Origin: an uncultured Methanosarcinales archaeon
GTDB lineage: Archaea; Nanobdellota; Nanobdellia; Woesearchaeales; JABIAG01
Assembly: GCA_964561995.1 (NCBI GenBank)
Contig: CAZLQZ010000002.1
Span: forward strand, 38,442 to 102,441
DNA length: 64,000 bases
Direction: 5' to 3'
Within the stretch, counting starts at the first letter, position 1. The number at the start of each line of letters is the position of its first letter. Positions 19,061 to 28,642 of this stretch are shown piece by piece. The translations under genes were made by a program, and so were the position numbers. Below the pieces are notes generated by a model. It did no database searches. It saw only the letters and a list, made by a program, of their open reading frames with translations, and was not told the DNA's origin.

Positions 19061-19822
19061 ATGAAACCAATATTTAATGTTAAAAGTGAAAAAAACGTAA
19101 AAGAATGGTATGAAAGAGAAGATATTGCTCAAAAATATCTAAAGAAAAGATTTCAAGATCCTATGGGTAGATTAAGACATAATTCTCAAGTAAAAATAAT
19201 TAATTTAGAAGTTAAAAAAAATATGCCCAAAACTCTTTTAGATTTAGCTTGTGGACCTGCAAGAGTTAGTGCTGATATTAAAGGGGAATTTGAAGGTATT
19301 GCTGCAGATAATAGTGATGAAATGCTTGAGATTGCTAAACAAAGATTACAACCTATAAAGTGGAAAATTAAAAAAGTTGATGCTTTTAATTTAAATTTTA
19401 AAGAAAAATTTGGTTTTGTAACTAGTTTTAGATTTGTAAGACATTTTGAAATGCATGAAAGAAAAGTAATTTATGGTGAAATAAGAAAAATTTTGAAACC
19501 GTCAGGTATTTTTATTTTTGATGTTGTAAATTTTAAGAAATGGAAGTCAATCCGAAATTTGACAAAAGTATTGGGAAGAAATAAACCTTTGCCTGTATAT
19601 GATAAATTTTACAATGTTAAAGAAATCAAAAAAGAATTAAAAGAAAATGGTTTTAAAGTTGTTAAAATGCAACCAATAATCAATCATTTTTTAATTCAAT
19701 ATATTATTTCAAAGATTCTACCAAATAAACTTGCTTTTAAAATAATTAGTTGGTTAGATGAATTCGGAGGCAAAAATCCCTGGGAGTGGGTTGTTGTTTG
19801 TAAAAAAATTGAAAAAAGATAA
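19061..19822 (+). CDS. class I SAM-dependent methyltransferase
   Basis: LLDLACGPARVS motif I. Confidence 0.5.
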   Translation: MKPIFNVKSEKNVKEWYEREDIAQKYLKKRFQDPMGRLRHNSQVKIINLEVKKNMPKTLLDLACGPARVSADIKGEFEGIAADNSDEMLEIAKQRLQPIKWKIKKVDAFNLNFKEKFGFVTSFRFVRHFEMHERKVIYGEIRKILKPSGIFIFDVVNFKKWKSIRNLTKVLGRNKPLPVYDKFYNVKEIKKELKENGFKVVKMQPIINHFLIQYIISKILPNKLAFKIISWLDEFGGKNPWEWVVVCKKIEKR

Positions 19823-20588
19823 TTATCAAATTACAAAAGAGTATTACAATCAGGTTGCAATGTGGCGTTCATCTGGTTTTCTTAAAGGATGGGTTGGTCA
19901 AATTGCTAAAAGACGAGTTCTCCCTGCATTTAAAGCTTTGAAGTTTAATGTAAGTGATAAATGGTTAGATATGGGTTGTGGTCCTGGATTTAATTTTAGG
20001 CTTGGTTTTTTATTAAATAAGAACAAAAACCTAAAAATTTATGGTATTGATCTTTCTAATCAAAATATTAAAATTGCAAAAGAAGAAATAAAAAATTCTA
20101 AATTTGATATTGGAAATGTAGAAAAACTTCCTTATGAAAATGAATTTTTTGACAAAATAACATATTTGCATGTAATTGAACATGTACCTAATCCTTTACA
20201 GTCTTTAAGAGAATTAAAAAGAGTTTTGAAGTTTAATGGCGTAGGAAGCATTTGTTTTCAAAATAAGTATGGGATTGAAAATTTAGGTATGGGTTTTTCA
20301 AAGAAATTAGTTTCAATTCTTGGTGGAGATAAAGCTGGATTTGACAAACCTTCTGGAGTATTGGATGTAAGAAGATCATATTTTGAAATTAAAAAAATGT
20401 GTGAAAAAGCAGGACTTAAGGTAATTAGAGTTGATGGAGCCATATTAATGTTGCCCTCATTAGCTTGGAGAATTCCTTGTTTAAGAAAATTAACTTTAAT
20501 AATCTCAGATTTTCTTGAAAAGCTACCTCTTATTAAATATTTTTCTAGTTATATTTGTATTACTGTAATTAGAACCAATAGACCATAA
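19758..20588 (+). CDS. class I SAM-dependent methyltransferase (true start probably downstream, around the MWRSSGF Met)
   Basis: WLDMGCGPGFN motif I. The 65-nt overlap with the upstream gene suggests the called start is too early. Confidence 0.5.
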   Translation: MNSEAKIPGSGLLFVKKLKKDNYQITKEYYNQVAMWRSSGFLKGWVGQIAKRRVLPAFKALKFNVSDKWLDMGCGPGFNFRLGFLLNKNKNLKIYGIDLSNQNIKIAKEEIKNSKFDIGNVEKLPYENEFFDKITYLHVIEHVPNPLQSLRELKRVLKFNGVGSICFQNKYGIENLGMGFSKKLVSILGGDKAGFDKPSGVLDVRRSYFEIKKMCEKAGLKVIRVDGAILMLPSLAWRIPCLRKLTLIISDFLEKLPLIKYFSSYICITVIRTNRP

Positions 20589-20629
20589 TTCCATAACTTT
20601 TATAAACTAATTCTCTTTTTGAAGATTAT

Positions 20630-21592
20630 ATGTTGTTTAAAAATAAAGTTGTTTTAGTTACTGGTGGAGCAGGATTTATTGGTTCTCATTTAGTTGATAG
20701 AGCATTAAAAGAAGGTGCAGAAAAAGTAATTAGTTTTGACAATTTGATTGGAGGAAAACTTGAAAATCATGCTCATTTAAAAGATGAACCACGATTTGAG
20801 TTTGTTAATGGAGATATAAGAGATTATGATGCAATAAAGCCTTGTGTAGAACAGGCAGATGTAATATTTAATGAAGCAGCTTCTAAATTGGTAGTTAGTT
20901 TGAAAGACCCAAAAATGGATGTTGAAACCAACGTATTAGGAAATTTTAATATTTTAGAAATAATTAGAAAAAGCGGTAAAAATCCAAGATTAATTCATGC
21001 ATCAACTGGTAGTGTTTTTGGTAGTAGTGAAAAACCATTTGAAGAAAATTCACCAAAAAATCCCTCTACTATTTATGGTATTAGTAAATTTGCTGCAGAA
21101 AATTATATTAAGTTTTATCATAAAAATTATGGAATTAATGCTTCAATTCTTAGATATTTTCACGTTTTTGGTCCAAGACAAGATTATCATGGAGAAGCTG
21201 GAGTAATTAATATTTTTTTATCTAGAACTCTTAAAGGTCAAGCTCCTCAAGTTTGTAGTCCTGGAATACAAATAAGATGTTTTACTTTTGTTCAAGATGT
21301 AGTAGAAGCAAATATGATGATGTACAAGAATGATTCAACAATTGGACAGGAATATAATGTGGCTTCAAAGACTAGAATTAGTATTCTTGATTTAGCAAAT
21401 TTAATTGTTAAAAAATATGGTCCCTTGGATATGAAATCTGATATGATAGCATCAAGAATGGGTGAAAATCTCAAACCAATTCCAAATACATATAAAATAG
21501 AAAGTTTAGGTTTTAATGAATCAATTTCTTTTGAAGAAGGTTTAGACATTACTAAAAAATGGATTGAGGAGGATATTAAAAATGGTAATTAA
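20630..21592 (+). CDS. NAD-dependent NDP-sugar epimerase/dehydratase (SDR family)
   Basis: VLVTGGAGFIGSHLV Rossmann motif and YGISK catalytic YxxxK. Confidence 0.75.
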   Translation: MLFKNKVVLVTGGAGFIGSHLVDRALKEGAEKVISFDNLIGGKLENHAHLKDEPRFEFVNGDIRDYDAIKPCVEQADVIFNEAASKLVVSLKDPKMDVETNVLGNFNILEIIRKSGKNPRLIHASTGSVFGSSEKPFEENSPKNPSTIYGISKFAAENYIKFYHKNYGINASILRYFHVFGPRQDYHGEAGVINIFLSRTLKGQAPQVCSPGIQIRCFTFVQDVVEANMMMYKNDSTIGQEYNVASKTRISILDLANLIVKKYGPLDMKSDMIASRMGENLKPIPNTYKIESLGFNESISFEEGLDITKKWIEEDIKNGN

Positions 21593-22610
21593 ATTCGCAG
21601 TAATTGGATGTGGAAGAATAGCTCCAAAACATATTGAATCAATTAAAGAAATTAAAGGGGCCAAACTTGTTGCAGTTTGTGATATCGTTGAAGCCAAGGC
21701 AAAAGATTTTGCTGAAAAATATACTTGTAAATATTATACTGATTATAAAGAATTACTTGAAAATGAAAAAGATGTAGATTGTATTAATGTATGTACTCCT
21801 CATGCAATTCATGCTGAAATTACAATTGTAGCTGCTAAATTTGGAAAAAATGTTGTTACAGAAAAACCTATGGCTACAAGTTTAGAAGAAGCAGATGAAA
21901 TGATTAAAACTTGTAAAGAAAATAATGTTAAATTATTTGTTATTAAACAAAATCGATATAATGAACCAATTATAAAACTTAAAGAAGCTTTAGATAAAGG
22001 TAGATTTGGTAAATTGTTTTATGGTAATACTACTGTTTATTGGACTCGCCCTCAAGATTATTATGACCAAGATCCTTGGCGTGGAACAAAAGAACACGAT
22101 GATGGAGTTTTAATGAATCAATCATCTCATCACATTGATATGTTGAGGTGGTTAATGGGAGAGGTCGAAGATGTTCATGCTTTTACTGAAACCCAAACAC
22201 ATAATATAGAAGCAGAAGATATGGGTATTGCAGTTCTTAAATTTAAGAATGGAGCAGTAGGAACTATTGTTGCAACTACTTCTGTTTTTCCACATAATTT
22301 GGAAGGTTCAGTTACAATTATGGGTGCCGATGGTAGCGTTAAAGTTGGTGGAACTGCATTAAATAAAATGGAATTTTGGCATTTTAAGGATTGGACAAAT
22401 GATGATGAAATAATTGCTAAAACTTCTGAAAATCCACCTAATGTTTATGGATTTGGACATCAAAAATATTTGAAAGAAGTTGTTAATTGTATTGAAAATA
22501 ACCTTCCACCAAGTATTGGTGGGGAAGAAGGAAGAAAAACTCTTGCTTTAATTCAAAAAATTAAAGAAGTTGCAAAACTAAATAAAGAAAATGAATGTCC
22601 AAATTGCTGA
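21564..22610 (+). CDS. Gfo/Idh/MocA-family oxidoreductase, WbpB-like UDP-sugar 3-dehydrogenase
   Basis: FAVIGCGRIAPKH N-terminal Rossmann. EKP motif. 348 aa. Confidence 0.65.
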   Translation: MRRILKMVIKFAVIGCGRIAPKHIESIKEIKGAKLVAVCDIVEAKAKDFAEKYTCKYYTDYKELLENEKDVDCINVCTPHAIHAEITIVAAKFGKNVVTEKPMATSLEEADEMIKTCKENNVKLFVIKQNRYNEPIIKLKEALDKGRFGKLFYGNTTVYWTRPQDYYDQDPWRGTKEHDDGVLMNQSSHHIDMLRWLMGEVEDVHAFTETQTHNIEAEDMGIAVLKFKNGAVGTIVATTSVFPHNLEGSVTIMGADGSVKVGGTALNKMEFWHFKDWTNDDEIIAKTSENPPNVYGFGHQKYLKEVVNCIENNLPPSIGGEEGRKTLALIQKIKEVAKLNKENECPNC

Positions 22611-23061
22611 AACGGCCATTGTAAAAGATAGTAAAATTGGTAATGGAACCAAAATCTGGGAGTTTGCTAATATTTATGGTACTGAGATTGATAAAAATTG
22701 TAATATTGGTGCATATGTTGAAATTCAAAGTAATTCTAAGATAGGTAAAAATGTAATTATTTCTTCTCATTCTTTTATTTGTTCATTAGTTACAGTTGAA
22801 GATGATGTTTTTATAGGTCATGGAGTTATGACAATAAATGATTTACATCCTCCTTCAAGAAGAAAAACAGGTAGTGAAGAAACATGGAAATCAACTTTAA
22901 TTAAGAAAGGTGCAAGTATTGGAAGTAATGTGACTTTATTTCCTGTAGTAATTGGTGAAAATGCAGTTGTTGGTGCTGGAGCAGTTGTCACTAAAGATGT
23001 TCCGCCAAATAGTACGGTGGTTGGTAATCCTGCTAAAATAATTCGGACGGTAAAATCATGA
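22591..23061 (+). CDS. hexapeptide-repeat (LbH) acetyltransferase, WbpD-like
   Basis: Repeated [LIV]G hexapeptide pattern. 156 aa. Located between the oxidoreductase and the DegT aminotransferase. Confidence 0.6.
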   Translation: MNVQIAETAIVKDSKIGNGTKIWEFANIYGTEIDKNCNIGAYVEIQSNSKIGKNVIISSHSFICSLVTVEDDVFIGHGVMTINDLHPPSRRKTGSEETWKSTLIKKGASIGSNVTLFPVVIGENAVVGAGAVVTKDVPPNSTVVGNPAKIIRTVKS

Positions 23062-24158
23062 TTCCACTTGTAGATTTAAAAGCACAGTATTTAACAATTA
23101 AAAAAGAAGTTGATTCTGCAATAAAAAATATTCTTGATAATACTTCATTTATTATGGGAAAACCCGTTGAAAGTTTTGAAAATAATTTGGCTAGTTTTTG
23201 TAATTGTAAACATGCAATTGGTGTTAGTTCTGGTTCTGCAGCTTTATTTTTAGCATTAAAATCTTACAATATTAAAGAAGGTGACGAAGTAATTACTGTT
23301 CCAAATTCATTTATTGCAACAGCTGAAGCAATAGTTCAATGTGGTGCAAAACCAGTTTTTGTTGATGTTGAAGAATCAACAATGTTAATGGATTCAAAAA
23401 AGATTGAAGAAAAAATAACTGATAAGACAAAAGCAATAATTCCAGTTCATTTATACGGTCAAGTTTGTGACATGGACGATATTATTGACATTGCAAACAA
23501 ACACAATTTAATTATTATCGAAGATGCTGCCCAAGCAATAGATGCTGAATATAAGGGAATGAAACTTCCAATTCATGAAACTGCAATATTCAGTTTTTTT
23601 CCTGCTAAAAATTTAGGTTGTTATGGGGATGGAGGGGCAGTAATAACTAATAATCAATCTGTTGCAAAATTAGTTGCAAAATTAAGAAATCATGGCAGAA
23701 TATCAAAATATGAATCTGATATAATTGGTTATGGTGAAAGATTAGATGCACTACAGGCTGCAATTTTAGATATTAAATTAAAACATTTAAATGAATGGAG
23801 TAATCAAAGAATGAAAAATGCTTATTTATATAATGAGTTATTGAAAGATACCCTTCAAATTTCTATTCCTTTTGAAGAAAAACATTCAAAACATGTTTAT
23901 TATATGTATGAAGTAAAAGCTCAGAAAAGAGACGATTTGATGGCTTTTTTAAAAGAAAAAAACATTGCTTCGGGTATACATTATCCTTTACCACTTCATT
24001 TACAGAAATCATTAGAATTTTTAGGATATAAAGAAGGAGATTTTCCTATTGTTGAAAAAGTTGCAAAAAATATACTTTCTTTGCCAATGTATCCAGAATT
24101 AACTGAACAACAAATTAGAGAAATAGTTAATCAAATTAAAACTTTTTATTCATTATAA
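23058..24158 (+). CDS. DegT/DnrJ/EryC1/StrS-family sugar aminotransferase, WbpE-like
   Basis: GVSSGSAALFLAL, PNSFIATAEA and the AKNLG Lys region typical of the family. Confidence 0.75.
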   Translation: MIPLVDLKAQYLTIKKEVDSAIKNILDNTSFIMGKPVESFENNLASFCNCKHAIGVSSGSAALFLALKSYNIKEGDEVITVPNSFIATAEAIVQCGAKPVFVDVEESTMLMDSKKIEEKITDKTKAIIPVHLYGQVCDMDDIIDIANKHNLIIIEDAAQAIDAEYKGMKLPIHETAIFSFFPAKNLGCYGDGGAVITNNQSVAKLVAKLRNHGRISKYESDIIGYGERLDALQAAILDIKLKHLNEWSNQRMKNAYLYNELLKDTLQISIPFEEKHSKHVYYMYEVKAQKRDDLMAFLKEKNIASGIHYPLPLHLQKSLEFLGYKEGDFPIVEKVAKNILSLPMYPELTEQQIREIVNQIKTFYSL

Positions 24159-25302
24159 TTTCTTTATAATAATTAATTAATTCATCTGCAAGTTTATTCC
24201 AATCATATTCTAATATCTTTTTTCTTGCATTTTTCGCTTTTTTTAAAGTTTCTTTTTTATTGTTTATTATGAAATTAATTTGTTTAGCGAATGAATCTAA
24301 GTCGCTAGGTTCATATAAGAATGCTGAGTCTTTTAAAATTTCTTTTAATACTCCAATTCCACTAACAACTAAAGGTTTTTCCATTCCCATATATTCTAAA
24401 ATTTTCAGATTAAGAGTAAATTCAGCACCAATCATTGATTTTGAAAATGGTGCTACTAAAATATCGGCAGCATTTAGATAATGCGGAATTTTATCATGTT
24501 GTATTCTTCCAACAAAAAAACATCTCTTTTCGACTTTTAAATCTTTTGCAAGTTTTTGTAATTCTTGTTTTCCCTTCCCTTCTCCAACAACTACTAATCC
24601 TACCTCTTTAACTTTTGGTAATACTTTGATTACATCTAAGATATGATTGACTTTGTCTAATTTTCCAATGAAAATTAGATTGTTTTTTGTATTTAATTTA
24701 TCTTTGAAAATCTTTTTAATTGAATTATCTGTATTTTTATTTGAAAATATTTTACTATCTATTCCTGATGGAATTGTTTTTATTTCTCGATTATATTTTT
24801 TTTCAAAATAATCTGAAAGAGTTGGAGACATAGTTGTTATACCGTTTGCTCTTTTAATTAAAAATTCTTCTAACCATTTAACTATTTTAACTCTGTAATT
24901 TGGGTGAGTTTTTAATTCTTTCATAGTTTCCCATTCTATATCTCCCATTTCTAATACAAAAGGAACTTTTTGTTTTTTAGCAATTTTTTGTCCTATAAAT
25001 CCAGAAAAAGGAGTAGGTCTAAAACCATGTACTATGTCATAATTTTGTTTATTACCTTTTATAATTGCAGATGGAATATAAAATATCATTGATATTTCTA
25101 AAATTTTGCTATTAAATTGTTTAGGATGAATTATTTTTAAATTTTTAATCTCTTCAAATTTTAATTCTTTATATCCGGAATATTTATCGAATCTTGGAAG
25201 AATTAAAGTAACTTCATGACCTTTTTTTGCAACAGCTTTAGCTAAGTTATATTGTCTTATTGCCGCAAATTTTGAAAAAGGATTAAGCATACTAATTTTC
25301 AT
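24136..25302 (-). CDS. GT4 (group 1) glycosyltransferase
   Basis: C-terminal E-x7-E-like region (EYMGMEKPLVVS) and GT-B architecture. Confidence 0.65.
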   Translation of the reverse strand: MKISMLNPFSKFAAIRQYNLAKAVAKKGHEVTLILPRFDKYSGYKELKFEEIKNLKIIHPKQFNSKILEISMIFYIPSAIIKGNKQNYDIVHGFRPTPFSGFIGQKIAKKQKVPFVLEMGDIEWETMKELKTHPNYRVKIVKWLEEFLIKRANGITTMSPTLSDYFEKKYNREIKTIPSGIDSKIFSNKNTDNSIKKIFKDKLNTKNNLIFIGKLDKVNHILDVIKVLPKVKEVGLVVVGEGKGKQELQKLAKDLKVEKRCFFVGRIQHDKIPHYLNAADILVAPFSKSMIGAEFTLNLKILEYMGMEKPLVVSGIGVLKEILKDSAFLYEPSDLDSFAKQINFIINNKKETLKKAKNARKKILEYDWNKLADELINYYKEIIMNKKF

Positions 25303-26459
25303 TTTTCAAATAACTCCAAAGTTTTATCACTAATTTTATCCCAAGTATAATTTTTAATTTTTTCAATAATTTTTTCCATTTTTTCTTTAATTTTTTTATC
25401 ATCAAATATGTCTTTAACATGTTCTGCGATTTGTTTATGAATATTAGCTTCCATTTCAAGTGGATATCCCCCTATTTCTTTAAGAACATATTTTAGTCCT
25501 CCCATGTCTGCAAGTATTGATGGGATTCCTAAACTCATTGCTTCAACTGCTGTAAGTCCAAATCCTTCTCCAGTGGATGCAAGTACAAATATGTCTGCTA
25601 AAGAATAATAATCATCAACAGAAGGAACTTTTCCTGTAAAAAAACAATTATTTTCAACATTATTTTCTTTAGCAATTTTTTTTAATTCTTCGCCATAACC
25701 TTGATCTTCACCAACAAAAACAAAACTTGTTGAAGGTTCATTTTTTAAAATTTCTTTAGCTGCTTTTATAATATGTTGAGCTCCTTTATATTTTACTAAT
25801 CTTGCAACAAATAGTATTATCTTTTTTGGATTATTAAATTGTTTTTTTAAGTTTTCAACATTTTTTCTTCTTATTTTTTCAATACCATTTGGAATCAATT
25901 CAATTTTATTTTTACAATTTATGATTTCATTATATTGTTTAATATTTTCAGGAGTTAAAGCAATCAAGTTTTTTGCCCTTTTAAGAATTCTTCTTCCAAT
26001 AATTGAATCAAATATATTTTTCAAAAAACCTAAAACTCCATCATAGTGGGCGATTATATCATGTGCTGTAAGAATATATTTTTTTGAATATTTTGATACG
26101 ATGTCCGCTTCGTACGTTTGATATCCGTGTACATGAACAATATCATATTTATTTATGTTATTTTTAAGAAAACGCTTCATTTGAGGATTGAAACTATAAG
26201 GAAATAATTGAAATAAAGGTTGAAATCTAAAAATTTTAATTCCTTCAACGTTTTCTTTGTAACTTTTTTTATTTTTTGATTGAAAACTGAAAAATCTTCC
26301 TGTTGAAAATCCTCTTGTATCATTATTAGTTAAAGAAGTTGAAGTAATGACTGTAACATCGTGTCCTTTATTTTTGAATTGTTTAGATAATTCATGTACT
26401 ACTTTTTCTGATCCTCCTATTGCAGGTGGAAATCTATGACATACTTCTAATATTTTCAT
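25299..26459 (-). CDS. GT4 (group 1) glycosyltransferase
   Basis: GEGFGLTAVEAMSLGIPSI motif. 4-nt overlap with neighbours. Confidence 0.7.
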   Translation of the reverse strand: MKILEVCHRFPPAIGGSEKVVHELSKQFKNKGHDVTVITSTSLTNNDTRGFSTGRFFSFQSKNKKSYKENVEGIKIFRFQPLFQLFPYSFNPQMKRFLKNNINKYDIVHVHGYQTYEADIVSKYSKKYILTAHDIIAHYDGVLGFLKNIFDSIIGRRILKRAKNLIALTPENIKQYNEIINCKNKIELIPNGIEKIRRKNVENLKKQFNNPKKIILFVARLVKYKGAQHIIKAAKEILKNEPSTSFVFVGEDQGYGEELKKIAKENNVENNCFFTGKVPSVDDYYSLADIFVLASTGEGFGLTAVEAMSLGIPSILADMGGLKYVLKEIGGYPLEMEANIHKQIAEHVKDIFDDKKIKEKMEKIIEKIKNYTWDKISDKTLELFEK

Positions 26460-27583
26460 TTTAATTCTCCATAAATTTCTTCATATTTAGCAATTGTATC
26501 TTTCCATAAAAATTTCTTTTCAGGAAATTTGTCATATTCTTTATTAAAAATGCTTACTACTCCTGATGTAATTTCTTTTTCATTTCCTGGTTCAACTAAT
26601 TTTCCTTTTCCAGTTATTACTTCCGGTAGAGAGGTCGTATTTGATGCTACTACCGGTTTTCCTAAGCTACAGGCTTCTACACAAGTATAACCAAATCCTT
26701 CTGAAAGTGATGGGATAACAACACAATCTGCCATTATAACATAATTTGGAAGTTCACTATAAGGTACTGGATCAAGAATAACAACTTCTTCTTTAATCTT
26801 AAGTTCTTTAATTATATTAATCAATTTATCATATTCTTTTTTGTATGTTTTATCTTTGCTTAATATTAATACTAATCTTGAGTTTTTAATTTGTTTTTTA
26901 ATTAAAGGTACTGCTTTAATCAAGTATTCAAATCCTTTAGATGTTCCAGGTCTTCCGGATGCAAAATAAACAAATTTATTTTTCAAGTTGAGTTTATTTC
27001 TTATTTTATCTCCATTATATTTTTTTGGATTCCATTGTTCGTAGTCCATTCCATTATGAACAGTAATTACTTTTTTCTCTGGAATTTTTAGTTTAAGTAA
27101 TTCTTTTTTAGTTGAATTTGATACACAAGCATATTTATCAAAAGAAATATTATAAATTCTTTTTTCAAGAAAGTTATGAATAAAAGCAGAAGTTTTACTC
27201 TTTTTTGTAACATTTTTCCACAAATTTACCCAGACTTCATGGACTGTAATTAAAACTTTTTTCTTATTAATTTTTGCTCCAATCCATGCTGGTAAACTTC
27301 CAGTAAAAGTTGTTGTATGAACTAAATCATATTTTTTACTCTCTTTGATTACTTTTGGAATTGCAAATAATGTGAAGAAATATCTTGAATTAAATTTTGG
27401 AACTAAAATTCTTTCAATTTCTACTCCATTTAAGATTTCTTTTCTTTTAGTATTGGGTAATCTAGAAGTAATTACTTTAATTTTATGACCTTTTTTTGCT
27501 AAACCTTCACATAAATTTTTGAATACTATCTCTACTCCTCCTATGTGAGGTAAGTAATATTCTAATACAAATAATATCTTCAT
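26456..27583 (-). CDS. GT4 (group 1) glycosyltransferase
   Basis: SEGFGYTCVEACSLGKPVVAS motif. Confidence 0.7.
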   Translation of the reverse strand: MKILFVLEYYLPHIGGVEIVFKNLCEGLAKKGHKIKVITSRLPNTKRKEILNGVEIERILVPKFNSRYFFTLFAIPKVIKESKKYDLVHTTTFTGSLPAWIGAKINKKKVLITVHEVWVNLWKNVTKKSKTSAFIHNFLEKRIYNISFDKYACVSNSTKKELLKLKIPEKKVITVHNGMDYEQWNPKKYNGDKIRNKLNLKNKFVYFASGRPGTSKGFEYLIKAVPLIKKQIKNSRLVLILSKDKTYKKEYDKLINIIKELKIKEEVVILDPVPYSELPNYVIMADCVVIPSLSEGFGYTCVEACSLGKPVVASNTTSLPEVITGKGKLVEPGNEKEITSGVVSIFNKEYDKFPEKKFLWKDTIAKYEEIYGELK

Positions 27584-27619
27584 TTTAATAATTAAGAATA
27601 ATATGTATTTAAAGTTATC

Positions 27620-27958
27620 TTATTTTTTCTTTTCAGCACTATTAAATGCAATTTTTCTAACTAAATTTTCGAGTTTATTATTATTTTTTTTAACAATTAA
27701 ATAGTTTTGGATAGTTAATGCAGTTAAAAATAAAAACCCAAGTACTGTAAAAAAATCCATTGTTCTTGATATAGACAAGCTTTCTACAATAAAATCTAAA
27801 GACCCTGGAAAAAGAGTAACAAAACCAAATAAAACCCAAATTAATAACCAAAACATTAATTCTGGTTTACTAAATTCTTTTCTTTTATAATGTAAGAACG
27901 TAAAGTACATAATTCCTATTGCAAATAATAACCCTATAATTTGTATTCCTAATAACAT
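27620..27958 (-). CDS. small 3-4 TM membrane protein (GtrA/DUF2304-like partner of the GT2)
   Basis: 112 aa, hydrophobic, immediately adjacent to a dolichyl-phosphate-type GT2. Confidence 0.3.
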   Translation of the reverse strand: MLLGIQIIGLLFAIGIMYFTFLHYKRKEFSKPELMFWLLIWVLFGFVTLFPGSLDFIVESLSISRTMDFFTVLGFLFLTALTIQNYLIVKKNNNKLENLVRKIAFNSAEKKK

Positions 27959-27959
27959 T

Positions 27960-28631
27960 TTATAATGAAAACAACCTCCACTTTATTAAGTTTATTCCTA
28001 CTTTTAATCCATCCATGATTGTTGTGCCTTTATATTTGTCTCCGTAGATAGTACTGATTGGTACTTCACAATATTTGATTTTTCTATTTCCTGCACGAGC
28101 AATCATTTCTGATTCCATTGAATAATCATTTGCTTTCCACCTAATTTTTTTATAAGTTTTGGAAGTAAATGCTCTAAACCCTGATTGAGTATCTCTTAAT
28201 TTTATGCCATAAAAAATTGTAGTTAATTTATTAATTCCAAAATTGCCTATTCTAAATAGTAGTGGCATTCTTGCTGATAACTCTCTATATCCAAAAACTA
28301 AATCATACTTTTCTAATGCTTTAATGAAATTAGGAATTAATTTTGGATCGTGTTGTCCATCAGCATCAACAACTACAATTGCTTTTGCATTTTTTTGAAT
28401 TGCATAATCACATCCTGTTTTCAATGCAGCTCCTTTTCCCAAATTTACAATGTGTTTTAATACAATAGTTCCTTTTTCTTTTTTTGCAATTTCAGAAGTA
28501 TTATCTTTGCTTCCATCATCAACTACAATTACATTATTTACTATATTTTTAACTTCTTTTAGAACTTTTCCAATTCTTTCACCTTCATTATGAGCGGGTA
28601 TTACAACGAAAACATTATTTTTTTGTTTCAT
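27960..28631 (-). CDS. GT2 dolichyl-phosphate glycosyltransferase-like
   Basis: VFVVIPAHNE...VVDDGSKD...VDADGQHD motifs. Confidence 0.7.
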   Translation of the reverse strand: MKQKNNVFVVIPAHNEGERIGKVLKEVKNIVNNVIVVDDGSKDNTSEIAKKEKGTIVLKHIVNLGKGAALKTGCDYAIQKNAKAIVVVDADGQHDPKLIPNFIKALEKYDLVFGYRELSARMPLLFRIGNFGINKLTTIFYGIKLRDTQSGFRAFTSKTYKKIRWKANDYSMESEMIARAGNRKIKYCEVPISTIYGDKYKGTTIMDGLKVGINLIKWRLFSL

Positions 28632-28642
28632 TATTATTTAAG

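Noticed and set aside
19758-19860. 65-nt overlap between two methyltransferase genes as a programmed frameshift or fusion
   Set aside because: The downstream gene has an internal Met (MWRSSGF...) just past the overlap, so a mis-called upstream start is the simpler explanation.
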